IMG/VR virus record: IMGVR_UViG_3300030419_007641
Span: 96,001 to 160,000 of that record
Strand: one strand, 5' to 3'
Source of the DNA: a virus
DNA: 64,000 nt
Shown here in pieces: positions 37,933 through 46,856 of this stretch; positions within the stretch are counted from its first letter, which is position 1, and each line of letters opens with the position of its first letter. Under the pieces are notes generated by a model. The model ran no database searches. It worked only from the letters and a program-made list of their open reading frames with translations, and was not told where the DNA came from. A program made the position numbers and the translations under genes.

Positions 37933-38397
37933 ATGCAATTCGACGAATTAGTACAACGGCTTTTAAAAGAAAATTGGAAAAAGGGTACATCAAAAGCTCC
38001 GAAGGGTGATTCATATGATATGGCTAGAGGAGGCGCGCCTAGTCGAGTAGATGCAGCTAGTGACGGTAGCGGTGGTAGATATAGACGTACACGCCCGCCA
38101 AGCGCACCGTCAAAGAAGACTCATGGGGAGATGGAAGAGATTCCTGCTGAAGATGCTGAAAAAGTCGATAAAGATCGCATGAAATGTAACAGTCCTCGTC
38201 GTACTTCAGGTGGTTCTAAGAAGTTTGTTGTTAAGGCTTGTAAAGACGGTAAAGAAAAGATTGTTCGCTTCGGTGATCCAAACATGAGAATCAAGAAGAG
38301 TAATCCTAAGCGTCGTAAGTCTTTCCGCGCTCGTCATAAGTGTGATCAAAAGAAGGATAAGTTCTCTGCTGGTTATTGGTCTTGTAAGAAGTGGTAG
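37933..38397 (+). CDS. basic hypothetical protein (FRARH-type phage domain)
   Basis: CATAAATA upstream; C-terminal KFVVKAC...VRFGDPNM...SFRARHKC...GYWSCKKW follows AEDAE. Confidence 0.8.
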   Translation: MQFDELVQRLLKENWKKGTSKAPKGDSYDMARGGAPSRVDAASDGSGGRYRRTRPPSAPSKKTHGEMEEIPAEDAEKVDKDRMKCNSPRRTSGGSKKFVVKACKDGKEKIVRFGDPNMRIKKSNPKRRKSFRARHKCDQKKDKFSAGYWSCKKW

Positions 38398-38792
38398 ATT
38401 TAGGTCATTGGAAGGGAGTCCTCGAAGAGAGCGTAGACTTACCTTACGGATTCATTTATAAGATAACAAATCTTACTAATGACAAGAAGTATATCGGTAA
38501 AAAGCAGTGCCAGACTGTTAAAAAACGACCACCATTAAAGGGTCGAAAGAATAAGCGACACGAAACCGTAGAAACTGACTGGAAAACCTACACTTCTTCT
38601 TCAAACGAACTCAATGAACATATAAGAGTACACGGAAAAAATAATTTTAAGTTTGAAATCTTGAGATGGTGTGATTCAAAATGGGAGTTGAGTTATTATG
38701 AAGCTAAGCTACAATTTGAAGAAGAAGTATTGTTAAAAGATGACTACTATAATGGAATCATCAACCTTAGAATCGGTAAACGACGAAACTAG
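38391..38792 (+). CDS. GIY-YIG family endonuclease
   Basis: YGFIYKITNLTNDKKYIGKK, DWKTYTSS, YNGII. Confidence 0.85.
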   Translation: MVDLGHWKGVLEESVDLPYGFIYKITNLTNDKKYIGKKQCQTVKKRPPLKGRKNKRHETVETDWKTYTSSSNELNEHIRVHGKNNFKFEILRWCDSKWELSYYEAKLQFEEEVLLKDDYYNGIINLRIGKRRN

Positions 38793-39252
38793 TCATATAT
38801 ATGTGCCGAATATTCACAAAACTATCATTAATCTTAATTATTTCTTAGCTAAATCTTTCAAAGAGTATAATTATCATCTTGTCGAAAATGATTTAAAGTT
38901 AAAACGCCATGATAAAAATAAGCTTGGTATACATTTTATCTTAAAACAAGTAATTGAGGCAGTTAATACTGATAAAGAGCATAAAAAGCTGTTTTATTAT
39001 AGAATGGATAAAAAATATCTGGAATATCAGCTTGTAAAGCGCATCTTTAACGTGTTACCAAGTATAATTAAGTATGGAAAAGTAGCATTTAGACAGTTTA
39101 TTAAGGAACAAGACTATGAAGTATGGAAAAGTCCTTCTACTGCTAAGTTATCCTTCCAAAACTTCCGAAATTTTCTTAAGAGGTATGATTTAAAGCATTT
39201 AGAAAAAGAGTTTCTTGCAGATGTAAATATAAAACTTTCATTACTTCCATAA
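38740..39252 (+). CDS. hypothetical protein (true start may be GTG 38803)
   Basis: ORF fills the gap between neighbours; no family recognised. Confidence 0.65.
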   Translation: MTTIMESSTLESVNDETSHIYVPNIHKTIINLNYFLAKSFKEYNYHLVENDLKLKRHDKNKLGIHFILKQVIEAVNTDKEHKKLFYYRMDKKYLEYQLVKRIFNVLPSIIKYGKVAFRQFIKEQDYEVWKSPSTAKLSFQNFRNFLKRYDLKHLEKEFLADVNIKLSLLP

Positions 39253-39260
39253 ATATATAC

Positions 39261-39716
39261 ATGAGTAAGTTTCTTGAATTGGTAGAAGAAAACAATCCCG
39301 AAAAAGATATTGACGCCCTTACAGATGCTAAAAGATCTTTACAGCGACTTTTATTAAAGAGTAAAATTGAAGCACACGGAAAGGCTTTTGAAGATATAAT
39401 ACGTGTAAGGCTAGATGACGGTCGAGTTGTTGAGCTAGAGGTTAAAGATGTTCAACACCCAGTTGAAGATCAGGAAGTGACAATAGATAAAGGAAATACT
39501 GAATTTAATGTAGATGATGCTGTTGAGGGTCTTGGAGCTAAGGCAGCAACGGGACTAAAGGGGTTTGGCGCCAAAATACTTGGTACTGCAGCGCAAAACG
39601 CAAAGGCTGCTGTAGAGGAGCGTGAAAAGTTGGGTAAAGATGCCACAGGATTATATAAAGCTAAAAATAGACAGTTTAAGAAAGCTATACAGGACGAAAA
39701 AAAGGGTGGATATTAA
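39261..39716 (+). CDS. hypothetical protein, putative head-internal protein
   Basis: CATAAATA at 39248-39255; N-terminus MSKFLELVEE. Confidence 0.75.
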   Translation: MSKFLELVEENNPEKDIDALTDAKRSLQRLLLKSKIEAHGKAFEDIIRVRLDDGRVVELEVKDVQHPVEDQEVTIDKGNTEFNVDDAVEGLGAKAATGLKGFGAKILGTAAQNAKAAVEEREKLGKDATGLYKAKNRQFKKAIQDEKKGGY

Positions 39717-39720
39717 CAGT

Positions 39721-40296
39721 ATGAAGACCTTAAGATTAATAGAGCGTTACATGAGACTGCTCGAGCAAGATGATGCTGAAGTAGAAAAAGTTGATGTTGT
39801 AGAAACTGAGCCAGAGCCAGTTGATCCAGGTCAGCAGGCAATTGCTGAGTTGATAGCTGCTGCGTTTGCGTATCCTCCGACAAATGATGATTCGGCTACA
39901 ATTGAAGAGATAGAGGAATTAATAGTGGGTACACATAATCAAGCGCCGAATACATCAGATACAAATCCAAGAGAATTAATTATTAGTATAATAGGCAAAT
40001 TACCGGAAAAATTACAAAAAATATATACTGTAGGCCCTGCAGAAGGAGCAAACCCTTATATTACACCTGAGTCGGAGATACCGTTATCCCAATTATTAGC
40101 TAATGCATTTAAATACAGGCCAACTACACATGAAGGTCTTATAGCTACAGCTGTTGTTAACCAGTATCTCGGACCTGGTATTGAGGATGAGGATCGAGAT
40201 CCTCAAAAAGTTATCGAGACAATACAAAGACTTCTAGAATTTACAGACGAGCCTCTGGAAGATGAACTCCTAGCTATGAATTTAGACGAAAAATAA
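39721..40296 (+). CDS. acidic hypothetical protein
   Basis: Likely start ATG 39721 (MKTLRLIERYMRLLEQ), which avoids overlap with the upstream gene. Confidence 0.75.
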   Translation: MKTLRLIERYMRLLEQDDAEVEKVDVVETEPEPVDPGQQAIAELIAAAFAYPPTNDDSATIEEIEELIVGTHNQAPNTSDTNPRELIISIIGKLPEKLQKIYTVGPAEGANPYITPESEIPLSQLLANAFKYRPTTHEGLIATAVVNQYLGPGIEDEDRDPQKVIETIQRLLEFTDEPLEDELLAMNLDEK

Positions 40297-40300
40297 TATT

Positions 40301-41647
40301 ATGGACTGGTCATTAGAAAAGATATATAGCCAACAAGTACGTGGTAATATTCCACCGCGTAGACATCTCCATGTGTTGAGTGAGCAAGACGGGGACGAAA
40401 ATACTCCGCAAGAGCAGAGGCAAGTAGAGCATACTGTCGATAAGATAAAGGATTTAATTGATGATATCGATATAGATCAGAGCGACCCTGATCAAATGAA
40501 AAAGCTTTTTAATATTATTTCTGGGTTTGAAGGTTATAGGCCCATTAAACGTACATTAGAGGGTAAGGGGTTTAATCCTAAAGTATTAAAGAAATATTCT
40601 AATGAAATACTATCTTTAATAGTAGATTTACCTAGAGAGGAAAAACAACAATTTTTTGAATTTTTAGAAAGAGGGAGTGATGTTCAGTTCCCGGAAGCTG
40701 AAGATGGTAATTTATATGATTTATTAACTGATGTGGCAGGGGTATCACGTGGTGTTGCTGAAGAGATTATGAAACACACCGGACAAGATGCTGCTAAGCG
40801 GGGTGTTGGAATGGGTGAGTTGGCATTAGCTTTATTATTTTCGAATATAGATTCTGCTGGCGGAGTTAAGAGTAAAGAAGTCGCTGCAGCGGAAGGTGAA
40901 AGAGTTAATTATAGCGCTTCAACTATGAGGACGGGATCTAAAAATTATGATCAACGCGCGGTCGATGCATGGAAGCAAAGTAAAGCGAGACTAGAAGCAG
41001 CAAAAAAATTAGGTATAAAGGGTGATCTTGAATTAAATGGAAAAGAATTTGAAATTAAAGGAGAAAATGCATCTCTCGGACCAACATCTGATGCTATACA
41101 GCCGGCAAAAACCAAACCAGCTGCTTTACAGTTCTTAACAGATAGAATGGGTATAACTGTCACAGGTAACGGTTATGAGGTTGGTGGAAAGCCTGCTGGT
41201 AGTCAATTAGGTCATTTTCCAATAGCAGTATCTGAAGCTTATAAGTTAGCTTCAAATGAAGGAAAGGCTCGAGAGTTTGAACAGTCTTTTAAAGACTATT
41301 TAAAACAATTTGGCAAGTTTGATGATGATGTATTGAATAGTAGTGTATATAATACAATCAATTTATCTAATCCAGGTACTATTCAGAGAGGTATTGCTGT
41401 TTTAAATTTATATAGATACACTAAAGAAGAGGGATTTCCATATTTTATGGCTCATGATGTGGGAGCCGGGGGTGCAGGTACAGGTAACTATGTATTTGCT
41501 GCTGGTGAAACTCCGGAAGAAATAGCTCGTAAAATATATAATAACAGAAAAGTAAAATTCGAAAAAGTAGCCTATAACGGATTGAGACCGAGAATCGGAT
41601 TTTTACCTACATTTGTTGAGGATAATGAAATTGTTGAAAAGTTATGA
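40301..41647 (+). CDS. hypothetical protein with a putative PD-(D/E)XK nuclease-like core
   Basis: GMGELALALLF helix, then KGDLELNGKEFEIKG (D...E-x-K pattern). Confidence 0.55.
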   Translation: MDWSLEKIYSQQVRGNIPPRRHLHVLSEQDGDENTPQEQRQVEHTVDKIKDLIDDIDIDQSDPDQMKKLFNIISGFEGYRPIKRTLEGKGFNPKVLKKYSNEILSLIVDLPREEKQQFFEFLERGSDVQFPEAEDGNLYDLLTDVAGVSRGVAEEIMKHTGQDAAKRGVGMGELALALLFSNIDSAGGVKSKEVAAAEGERVNYSASTMRTGSKNYDQRAVDAWKQSKARLEAAKKLGIKGDLELNGKEFEIKGENASLGPTSDAIQPAKTKPAALQFLTDRMGITVTGNGYEVGGKPAGSQLGHFPIAVSEAYKLASNEGKAREFEQSFKDYLKQFGKFDDDVLNSSVYNTINLSNPGTIQRGIAVLNLYRYTKEEGFPYFMAHDVGAGGAGTGNYVFAAGETPEEIARKIYNNRKVKFEKVAYNGLRPRIGFLPTFVEDNEIVEKL

Positions 41648-42852
41648 AGAGCTTTAAACTATATTTCGAACATTACTTAGAGCTTCTAGAAGAAGGTAAG
41701 GCTAATACGCACCTTACACACTTAGAGGAACTGATTCTTACAAGAGGTAAGGGTGGTTACGACCAGGCTAAGGGCTTTTTAACCAATTTACTTGGTCATT
41801 TACAAGGAAAGAGCAAGAGAAAGATCGGTACTACGGTAAAATGGGATGGGGCCCCTGCTATTTTTGTTGGAAAACACCCCGATAACGGTAAATTCTTTGT
41901 TGGTACCAAGTCTATCTTTAATAAAGAGCCTAAAATTAACTATACTGAACAAGATATAGAGGTTAATCACGGACATGCACCTGGTTTAGCGGACAAGCTT
42001 AAAAAAGCTTTAAAAAATTTACGTAAGCTAGGTATTAAGAACATAATGCAGGGTGATTTTATGTTTGATTCATCTTCGGTTAAGAAAGAGAACATAGACG
42101 ACGAGGAACATTATACATTTCAGCCTAATACGATCAAATATGCTGTAGAAGCTGACTCGGATCTTGGAAGACAAATAGCTAACTCTGTATTTGGTATCAT
42201 ATTTCATACAGAATATGATGGTTTAGATAGCCCCGCATCATTTGGTGCTAAAGTTAACCGATTAAACAAGGTTCCAGGTGTTTGGTTTGACGATGCTTAC
42301 TTTAAAGATGATACTGGTGTTGTAAATTTAACAGATGACGAGGGAAAGCAGGTTAAAGACTTAATAAAAACTGCTGATTCCATTAAAATAGATTACAAGG
42401 ACTTACCTTCTGATCTTCTCAACCCTTATATTAATACGGAGATTCGAGAAGGTAAGTTCTTAAACGATCCAGAAGAGTCTTATAGGAACTTTATTGAGTG
42501 GTATAACACTCGCATCAATAAAGAGATAGATAAGAGAAAATCTGTAGCTGGAAAGCAAAGATTAGAAGAAACTCTTAAGCAGAAGACGGCGCAGTTTGAA
42601 GCTCAGAAGGATGACATAGTTAATTTGTTTAAGGTTAGTAGCTTATTGTCACAAGCTAAGCAGATCTTTATTAACAAGTATAATAATGCTGTATATAACA
42701 CTAAGCACTTCATCGATGAAGGTGAGGGAGTGTTAAGAGTAACTGCTCCTGAGGGATATGTTGCAGTTGATAGGGATGGTAATGCTGTTAAACTGGTTAA
42801 CAGATTAGATTTTAGTTCAGCTAACTTTCAAAAAGATAAACCCGGGTCATGA
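41644..42852 (+). CDS. conserved T4-like phage protein with ligase-type KxDG motif
   Basis: NTHLTHLEEL, TVKWDGAPAIFVG, MQGDFMF, PEGYV, VKLVNRLDFS; N-terminus MKSFKLYFE. Confidence 0.7.
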   Translation: MKSFKLYFEHYLELLEEGKANTHLTHLEELILTRGKGGYDQAKGFLTNLLGHLQGKSKRKIGTTVKWDGAPAIFVGKHPDNGKFFVGTKSIFNKEPKINYTEQDIEVNHGHAPGLADKLKKALKNLRKLGIKNIMQGDFMFDSSSVKKENIDDEEHYTFQPNTIKYAVEADSDLGRQIANSVFGIIFHTEYDGLDSPASFGAKVNRLNKVPGVWFDDAYFKDDTGVVNLTDDEGKQVKDLIKTADSIKIDYKDLPSDLLNPYINTEIREGKFLNDPEESYRNFIEWYNTRINKEIDKRKSVAGKQRLEETLKQKTAQFEAQKDDIVNLFKVSSLLSQAKQIFINKYNNAVYNTKHFIDEGEGVLRVTAPEGYVAVDRDGNAVKLVNRLDFSSANFQKDKPGS

Positions 42853-43421
42853 GAACATTTAGAGAGTATTTTGAAGATATGGAGACAAGAGTTGAGCGAA
42901 TCGCTCTTCTCCCCGGTGGCTTTAAACCACCTACAAAGGGTCACTTTAATGCTTTAAGGTATTTGCTTGATGACGCAGATAAGGGTATTGTTTTTATTGG
43001 TGGTAAGGTACGTGACGGTATTACACCTGAACAATCAGAAAAAATATGGAACATATATGCAAAGTATTTTGATAAGCCTGTTAAGGTTGTAAGTGTACCA
43101 AACCCGGTAAAGGCAGTTTATGACTTTGCTGATGAGCATTTAGACACTACATTGAAGGTTGGTGCTGGCGGCCCTCGTGAAAATGAAGACGGTACAGTTG
43201 ACGAAGGTGACATTAAACGTTACAAGTACTTTGAAGATAATGTTGAAAAATATCCATATGTTAATGTAGTTCAAATACCAAGTCAAGAGAAAGGCATGCG
43301 TGGATCTACAGTTCGAAAAGAGATTGAGAAAGATATTGAGCAGGGCTTGGATTATTTTGTACCAGAAGAGGTTTCTATTGAAGATAAGGAATCTATAGAA
43401 GAAATATTAACAGGCAATTAA
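42849..43421 (+). CDS. HIGH-superfamily (cytidylyltransferase-like) nucleotidyltransferase
   Basis: LPGGFKPPTKGH and C-terminal MRGSTVR; N-terminus MRTFREYFE. Confidence 0.8.
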   Translation: MRTFREYFEDMETRVERIALLPGGFKPPTKGHFNALRYLLDDADKGIVFIGGKVRDGITPEQSEKIWNIYAKYFDKPVKVVSVPNPVKAVYDFADEHLDTTLKVGAGGPRENEDGTVDEGDIKRYKYFEDNVEKYPYVNVVQIPSQEKGMRGSTVRKEIEKDIEQGLDYFVPEEVSIEDKESIEEILTGN

Positions 43422-43429
43422 ATAATAAT

Positions 43430-43837
43430 ATGAGAGATCAGAAGCGTAGAGAACAAGCTTTAATGGAGGAGGCTTATCAACAGGTAAATGAAAACTGTAT
43501 GGGGCCTGGTGTAATGGTTACACAAGAGCCGATACAGGCAGTTGATATAGATACAGAAAAATGTGGTGAATATGATCAATCAGAAATTGATATGGCAGGT
43601 AGAGACTTACTAAAAGCACAAGAATATGCTGCTAAGTTAAGCGAAATCGTTCAACAACTACCTGGTCTAGATGGATGGGTTGCTTCTAAAATTACAAAAG
43701 CAGCAGATTATCTCTCTTCTGTGTTTCATTACTTGGATTATGAAGAAAATGAAAAAGAAGTTGCGGTAGATGTACAAGAAATTGAATTACCGATAGGTCA
43801 ATTTAACACGGGATACGAAAACGTAGAGGAGACTTGA
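43430..43837 (+). CDS. hypothetical protein
   Basis: TTAAATA upstream; LDGWVASKITKAADYLSSVFHYL motif. Confidence 0.75.
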   Translation: MRDQKRREQALMEEAYQQVNENCMGPGVMVTQEPIQAVDIDTEKCGEYDQSEIDMAGRDLLKAQEYAAKLSEIVQQLPGLDGWVASKITKAADYLSSVFHYLDYEENEKEVAVDVQEIELPIGQFNTGYENVEET

Positions 43838-43861
43838 CCTTTCTCTTAAATAGCAGTTGCT

Positions 43862-44302
43862 ATGAAGAAATTTAAACAGTTTTTTGTTGAAAAGCAGGTA
43901 TTAGGCCTCATTGAGTTCTTTGACTTAGATGAGGTAGGTAAGATACCTGCTAAACTTGATTCAGGTAACGGTGCTTACAATGTCATAAACGGTCAAGACA
44001 TACAAATTCAAGGAAATAAGGTGTTTTTTAGGACGGAAAACGGTAAAACTCTCTTAAAGGACAAAAAAGGCGACATTGATATTAACTATGGTGAGGGTAA
44101 AATAACGACGAGACCTGTTGTAGAGTTTGATTTTAAAATTGGTAAAAAGGAATTTAAAGGAATTCCATTTAGTATCGCTGATAGATCAACAAATCTGTAT
44201 AAAATACTTGTCGGTAAGGACTTTATTGAGAATCATCTTGATGCTCTTATAGATGTCAGCCAAGAAAACATTGCTGACGAGGATTATGAAGCAGAATACT
44301 AA
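43862..44302 (+). CDS. retropepsin-like aspartic protease (RimK-associated type)
   Basis: IPAKLDSGNG, RPVVEFDF, IADRS, ILVGKDF; N-terminus MKKFKQFFVE. Confidence 0.75.
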   Translation: MKKFKQFFVEKQVLGLIEFFDLDEVGKIPAKLDSGNGAYNVINGQDIQIQGNKVFFRTENGKTLLKDKKGDIDINYGEGKITTRPVVEFDFKIGKKEFKGIPFSIADRSTNLYKILVGKDFIENHLDALIDVSQENIADEDYEAEY

Positions 44303-44829
44303 TACCAGGTAGGTTTCCAGCGCAATGTCCACGTAGCAAAGTCCTTATCATGCCGAATATACTCTCTATATTTGTCGATAGTTGAAAGATTATCAAAACC
44401 TTCTACTTTTCTACAATCACAATCATCACTAATAGCTATAGCAAATGGAGTTAGCCCTATTTTTGATGTTAGAATGTTATGACTATTGTCTTTACACCAT
44501 AAAATAAACTTTTCGGTAAAATGGTCGTTAGAATCAGGCCATCTATACATCCTTTCCCTAAACATTTCTAAAGTATGGTCGACTAACCACATAAAGTTAT
44601 CTTTAGTTTCACGTGCCCATATAGAGCATTGATGTTTAAAGTAACCTTTGCCCCTTTTTCGTGGTTTTCCTGTAGAAGTCCTAGGTGTTGACGGGTGATT
44701 TAACGTTTCTTGATCAAAAGCATGCGCTAACATAATAGCGCCTTCGATTTGCATCTTAGATCTCACATGTTGATCACATAAATTATGTGTAGACTTAATA
44801 GGATCCTCGTCAGTTACAAAAATATTCAC
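44299..44829 (-). CDS. pyrimidine-dimer DNA glycosylase (DenV/endonuclease V-like)
   Basis: MNIFVTDEDP...CDQH...KMQIEGAIML, HQCSIWARE, YREY. Confidence 0.8.
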   Translation of the reverse strand: MNIFVTDEDPIKSTHNLCDQHVRSKMQIEGAIMLAHAFDQETLNHPSTPRTSTGKPRKRGKGYFKHQCSIWARETKDNFMWLVDHTLEMFRERMYRWPDSNDHFTEKFILWCKDNSHNILTSKIGLTPFAIAISDDCDCRKVEGFDNLSTIDKYREYIRHDKDFATWTLRWKPTWY

Positions 44830-44851
44830 ACTTTATTGTGGTAATGTTCCT

Positions 44852-45499
44852 TTATTTTTGCCAATCATTTACGAATTGATAAAATTCACCTCTTGTAGCT
44901 ACATCACCTAAGAAGTCTTCACTCAATCTACTTGTCTTCATTTCACAACCGTCATGTTTAATACCTCTAAGACAAGCGCAAGTGTGAGTAGCAGATATCA
45001 TAACAGCAACTCCTTTGTTACCTTCACAGATTTCGTCAATAGCTTTATGAATTTGCATTGTAAGACCTTCTTGAATTTGTGGCCTTCTACCATAATGCTC
45101 AACAATGCGGTTAAGCTTACTTAATCCAATAACTTTACCTTCCTTAGATGGAATATAAGCTACATGAGCTCTACCGGTAAATGGTAAGTGATGATGTGAG
45201 CAAAAAGACTTAACAGGAATACCACCTTGAAAGACCATTCCATCGTAACCGTCAGAAGGAAAAGCAGTTACATTAGGTAAATCATTATAACACCCAGCAG
45301 CTAAGTCATTTACAAAGGCTTTAGCTACACGTTTAGGGGTATTACTGCTATTAGGATCATTTCGCCAATCGATTCGTAGAGCATCGAGATATTTCTCATA
45401 AGCTGTAGCTGCATCTTCAATTACTTTAAGTTTTTCTTCTTCTGTTAAAGGCATGTTACCATTTGCGGTGGGTAATTTTGTAATTATAGTACGATCCAT
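44852..45499 (-). CDS. folE: GTP cyclohydrolase I
   Basis: TPKRVAK, SFCSHHHLPF, GLSKLNR, RRPQIQE, HTCACLRG. Confidence 0.96.
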   Translation of the reverse strand: MDRTIITKLPTANGNMPLTEEEKLKVIEDAATAYEKYLDALRIDWRNDPNSSNTPKRVAKAFVNDLAAGCYNDLPNVTAFPSDGYDGMVFQGGIPVKSFCSHHHLPFTGRAHVAYIPSKEGKVIGLSKLNRIVEHYGRRPQIQEGLTMQIHKAIDEICEGNKGVAVMISATHTCACLRGIKHDGCEMKTSRLSEDFLGDVATRGEFYQFVNDWQK

Positions 45500-45549
45500 A
45501 TAATATAATTATATATTCAAATATTAATGTTCAAGACTAAATATTATAT

Positions 45550-46122
45550 ATGTCAAGGCTATCCCAAAAAAAATTATTAGAAGAGGGTATAGGGTCTGTA
45601 CTTAAGGGTGTAGGGCGCGGTGCACTTGCTGGTGCTGGTGCTGCTTTCGATTATTTAGCTCCTCAAGAAGTTAAAACAGAGCTAGGTAGATTAAAAGATA
45701 TAGGCAGTAAAATCGCGAGAGGTTATACGAAGGGAGCTGGTTCTACTCTTAAAAATCTAGATAAAGCTTTAGCGAATGTGGGGTTAATACGTACCGGTAA
45801 GCCTCGTGGTGACATTAAAAAACAAGCTGATGTATCTGTTGCTAGGTTGATCCATGATCCCAATACTAAAAAAGCAATACCTGGGCAAGCTTTAAAAGAC
45901 CCGGCTATATTCAAATTTGAAAACGGTGAATACCGGATAATAAAAGCGCCAGGTGTAAGGGTTGATCAAAGACAGCAAAGACAGCAAAAACAGCAAAAAC
46001 AACAACCAGCATCAACTCCAGCTCCAACCCCAGCTCCAACCCCGACACCGGCACCTGGTGTTGTTACATCTAGCTTCTCTCAAAAAGATCTGCTAAGACA
46101 GTTGCAAATAGTCAGAGGCTAA
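45550..46122 (+). CDS. hypothetical protein with Q-rich and PT/PA repeats
   Basis: CTAAATA at 45537-45543; MSRLSQKKLLEE; QQRQQKQQKQQ-PASTPAPTPAPTPTPAP. Confidence 0.75.
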   Translation: MSRLSQKKLLEEGIGSVLKGVGRGALAGAGAAFDYLAPQEVKTELGRLKDIGSKIARGYTKGAGSTLKNLDKALANVGLIRTGKPRGDIKKQADVSVARLIHDPNTKKAIPGQALKDPAIFKFENGEYRIIKAPGVRVDQRQQRQQKQQKQQPASTPAPTPAPTPTPAPGVVTSSFSQKDLLRQLQIVRG

Positions 46123-46211
46123 TTAACTATCCGAGAGAGGGACGAGGGAATCATTTTAAAATCTTCATACTAGTTGATTTTTTTGCAAAACCTATTAATA
46201 TATAATTACGT

Positions 46212-46856
46212 ATGAGCGCTTACACTTCATCAAAACAATTCGAATTAGGATCAACAGCATTTCGTCAATGGAAAGCGGATCATAGTCACTGCAAATATAT
46301 TCATGGATATCAACTCAAAACACAACTAACATTTGGTTGCCACAGTCTAGACGATAAAAATTGGTGTGTTGATTTTGGTGGTTTAGATACACTTAAAAAA
46401 ACTCTAAGAAATCAATTTGATCATACTGTCGTTGTTGCTGGAGATGATCCTGCTTTAGAGGCATTTGAGGAATTAAGTGAAAAGGGTATTATACAACTTC
46501 GAATAATGGTTGAAGGAGTAGGTGTTGAAAAATTTGCAGAATTCGTATTTAAGACAGCTGATGCATTTGTTGATGAAGCTTCAGAAGGTAGGTGTTTTGT
46601 TGTAAAGGCCAAAGTGACGGAGCATGAAGATAATTGGGCTGAATATACAAAAGAGGACAAAGAGGCAGCTAGTAACCATGAATGTTGCCAAGATACTACA
46701 GATACTACAAAACAAGAAACAGATCCAGCACCAGTACCCGAAAATCAGTCTAAGCCGAATAATCCACATCCACAGGCAGGTCGTCAAGGAGCTAATGTAG
46801 GTCCAAATGTAACGCCTGGTAAAGGTAACTGGTTTGCTGGTACATCCTGGGGTTAA
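46212..46856 (+). CDS. queD: 6-carboxy-5,6,7,8-tetrahydropterin synthase (QueD/PTPS) with C-terminal extension
   Basis: SHCKYIHGY, WCVDFG, FDHT, EKFAE, VTEHEDNWA. Confidence 0.88.
   Translation: MSAYTSSKQFELGSTAFRQWKADHSHCKYIHGYQLKTQLTFGCHSLDDKNWCVDFGGLDTLKKTLRNQFDHTVVVAGDDPALEAFEELSEKGIIQLRIMVEGVGVEKFAEFVFKTADAFVDEASEGRCFVVKAKVTEHEDNWAEYTKEDKEAASNHECCQDTTDTTKQETDPAPVPENQSKPNNPHPQAGRQGANVGPNVTPGKGNWFAGTSWG

Noticed and set aside
38391-38792. GIY-YIG gene as an intron-encoded homing endonuclease
   Set aside because: It is short, lacks a C-terminal DNA-binding extension, and does not interrupt any recognisable gene.
45970-46060. Short tandem repeats (cagcaaaaa; ccagctccaacc)
   Set aside because: They encode in-frame Q-rich and Pro/Thr linker segments and are ordinary low-complexity coding sequence.
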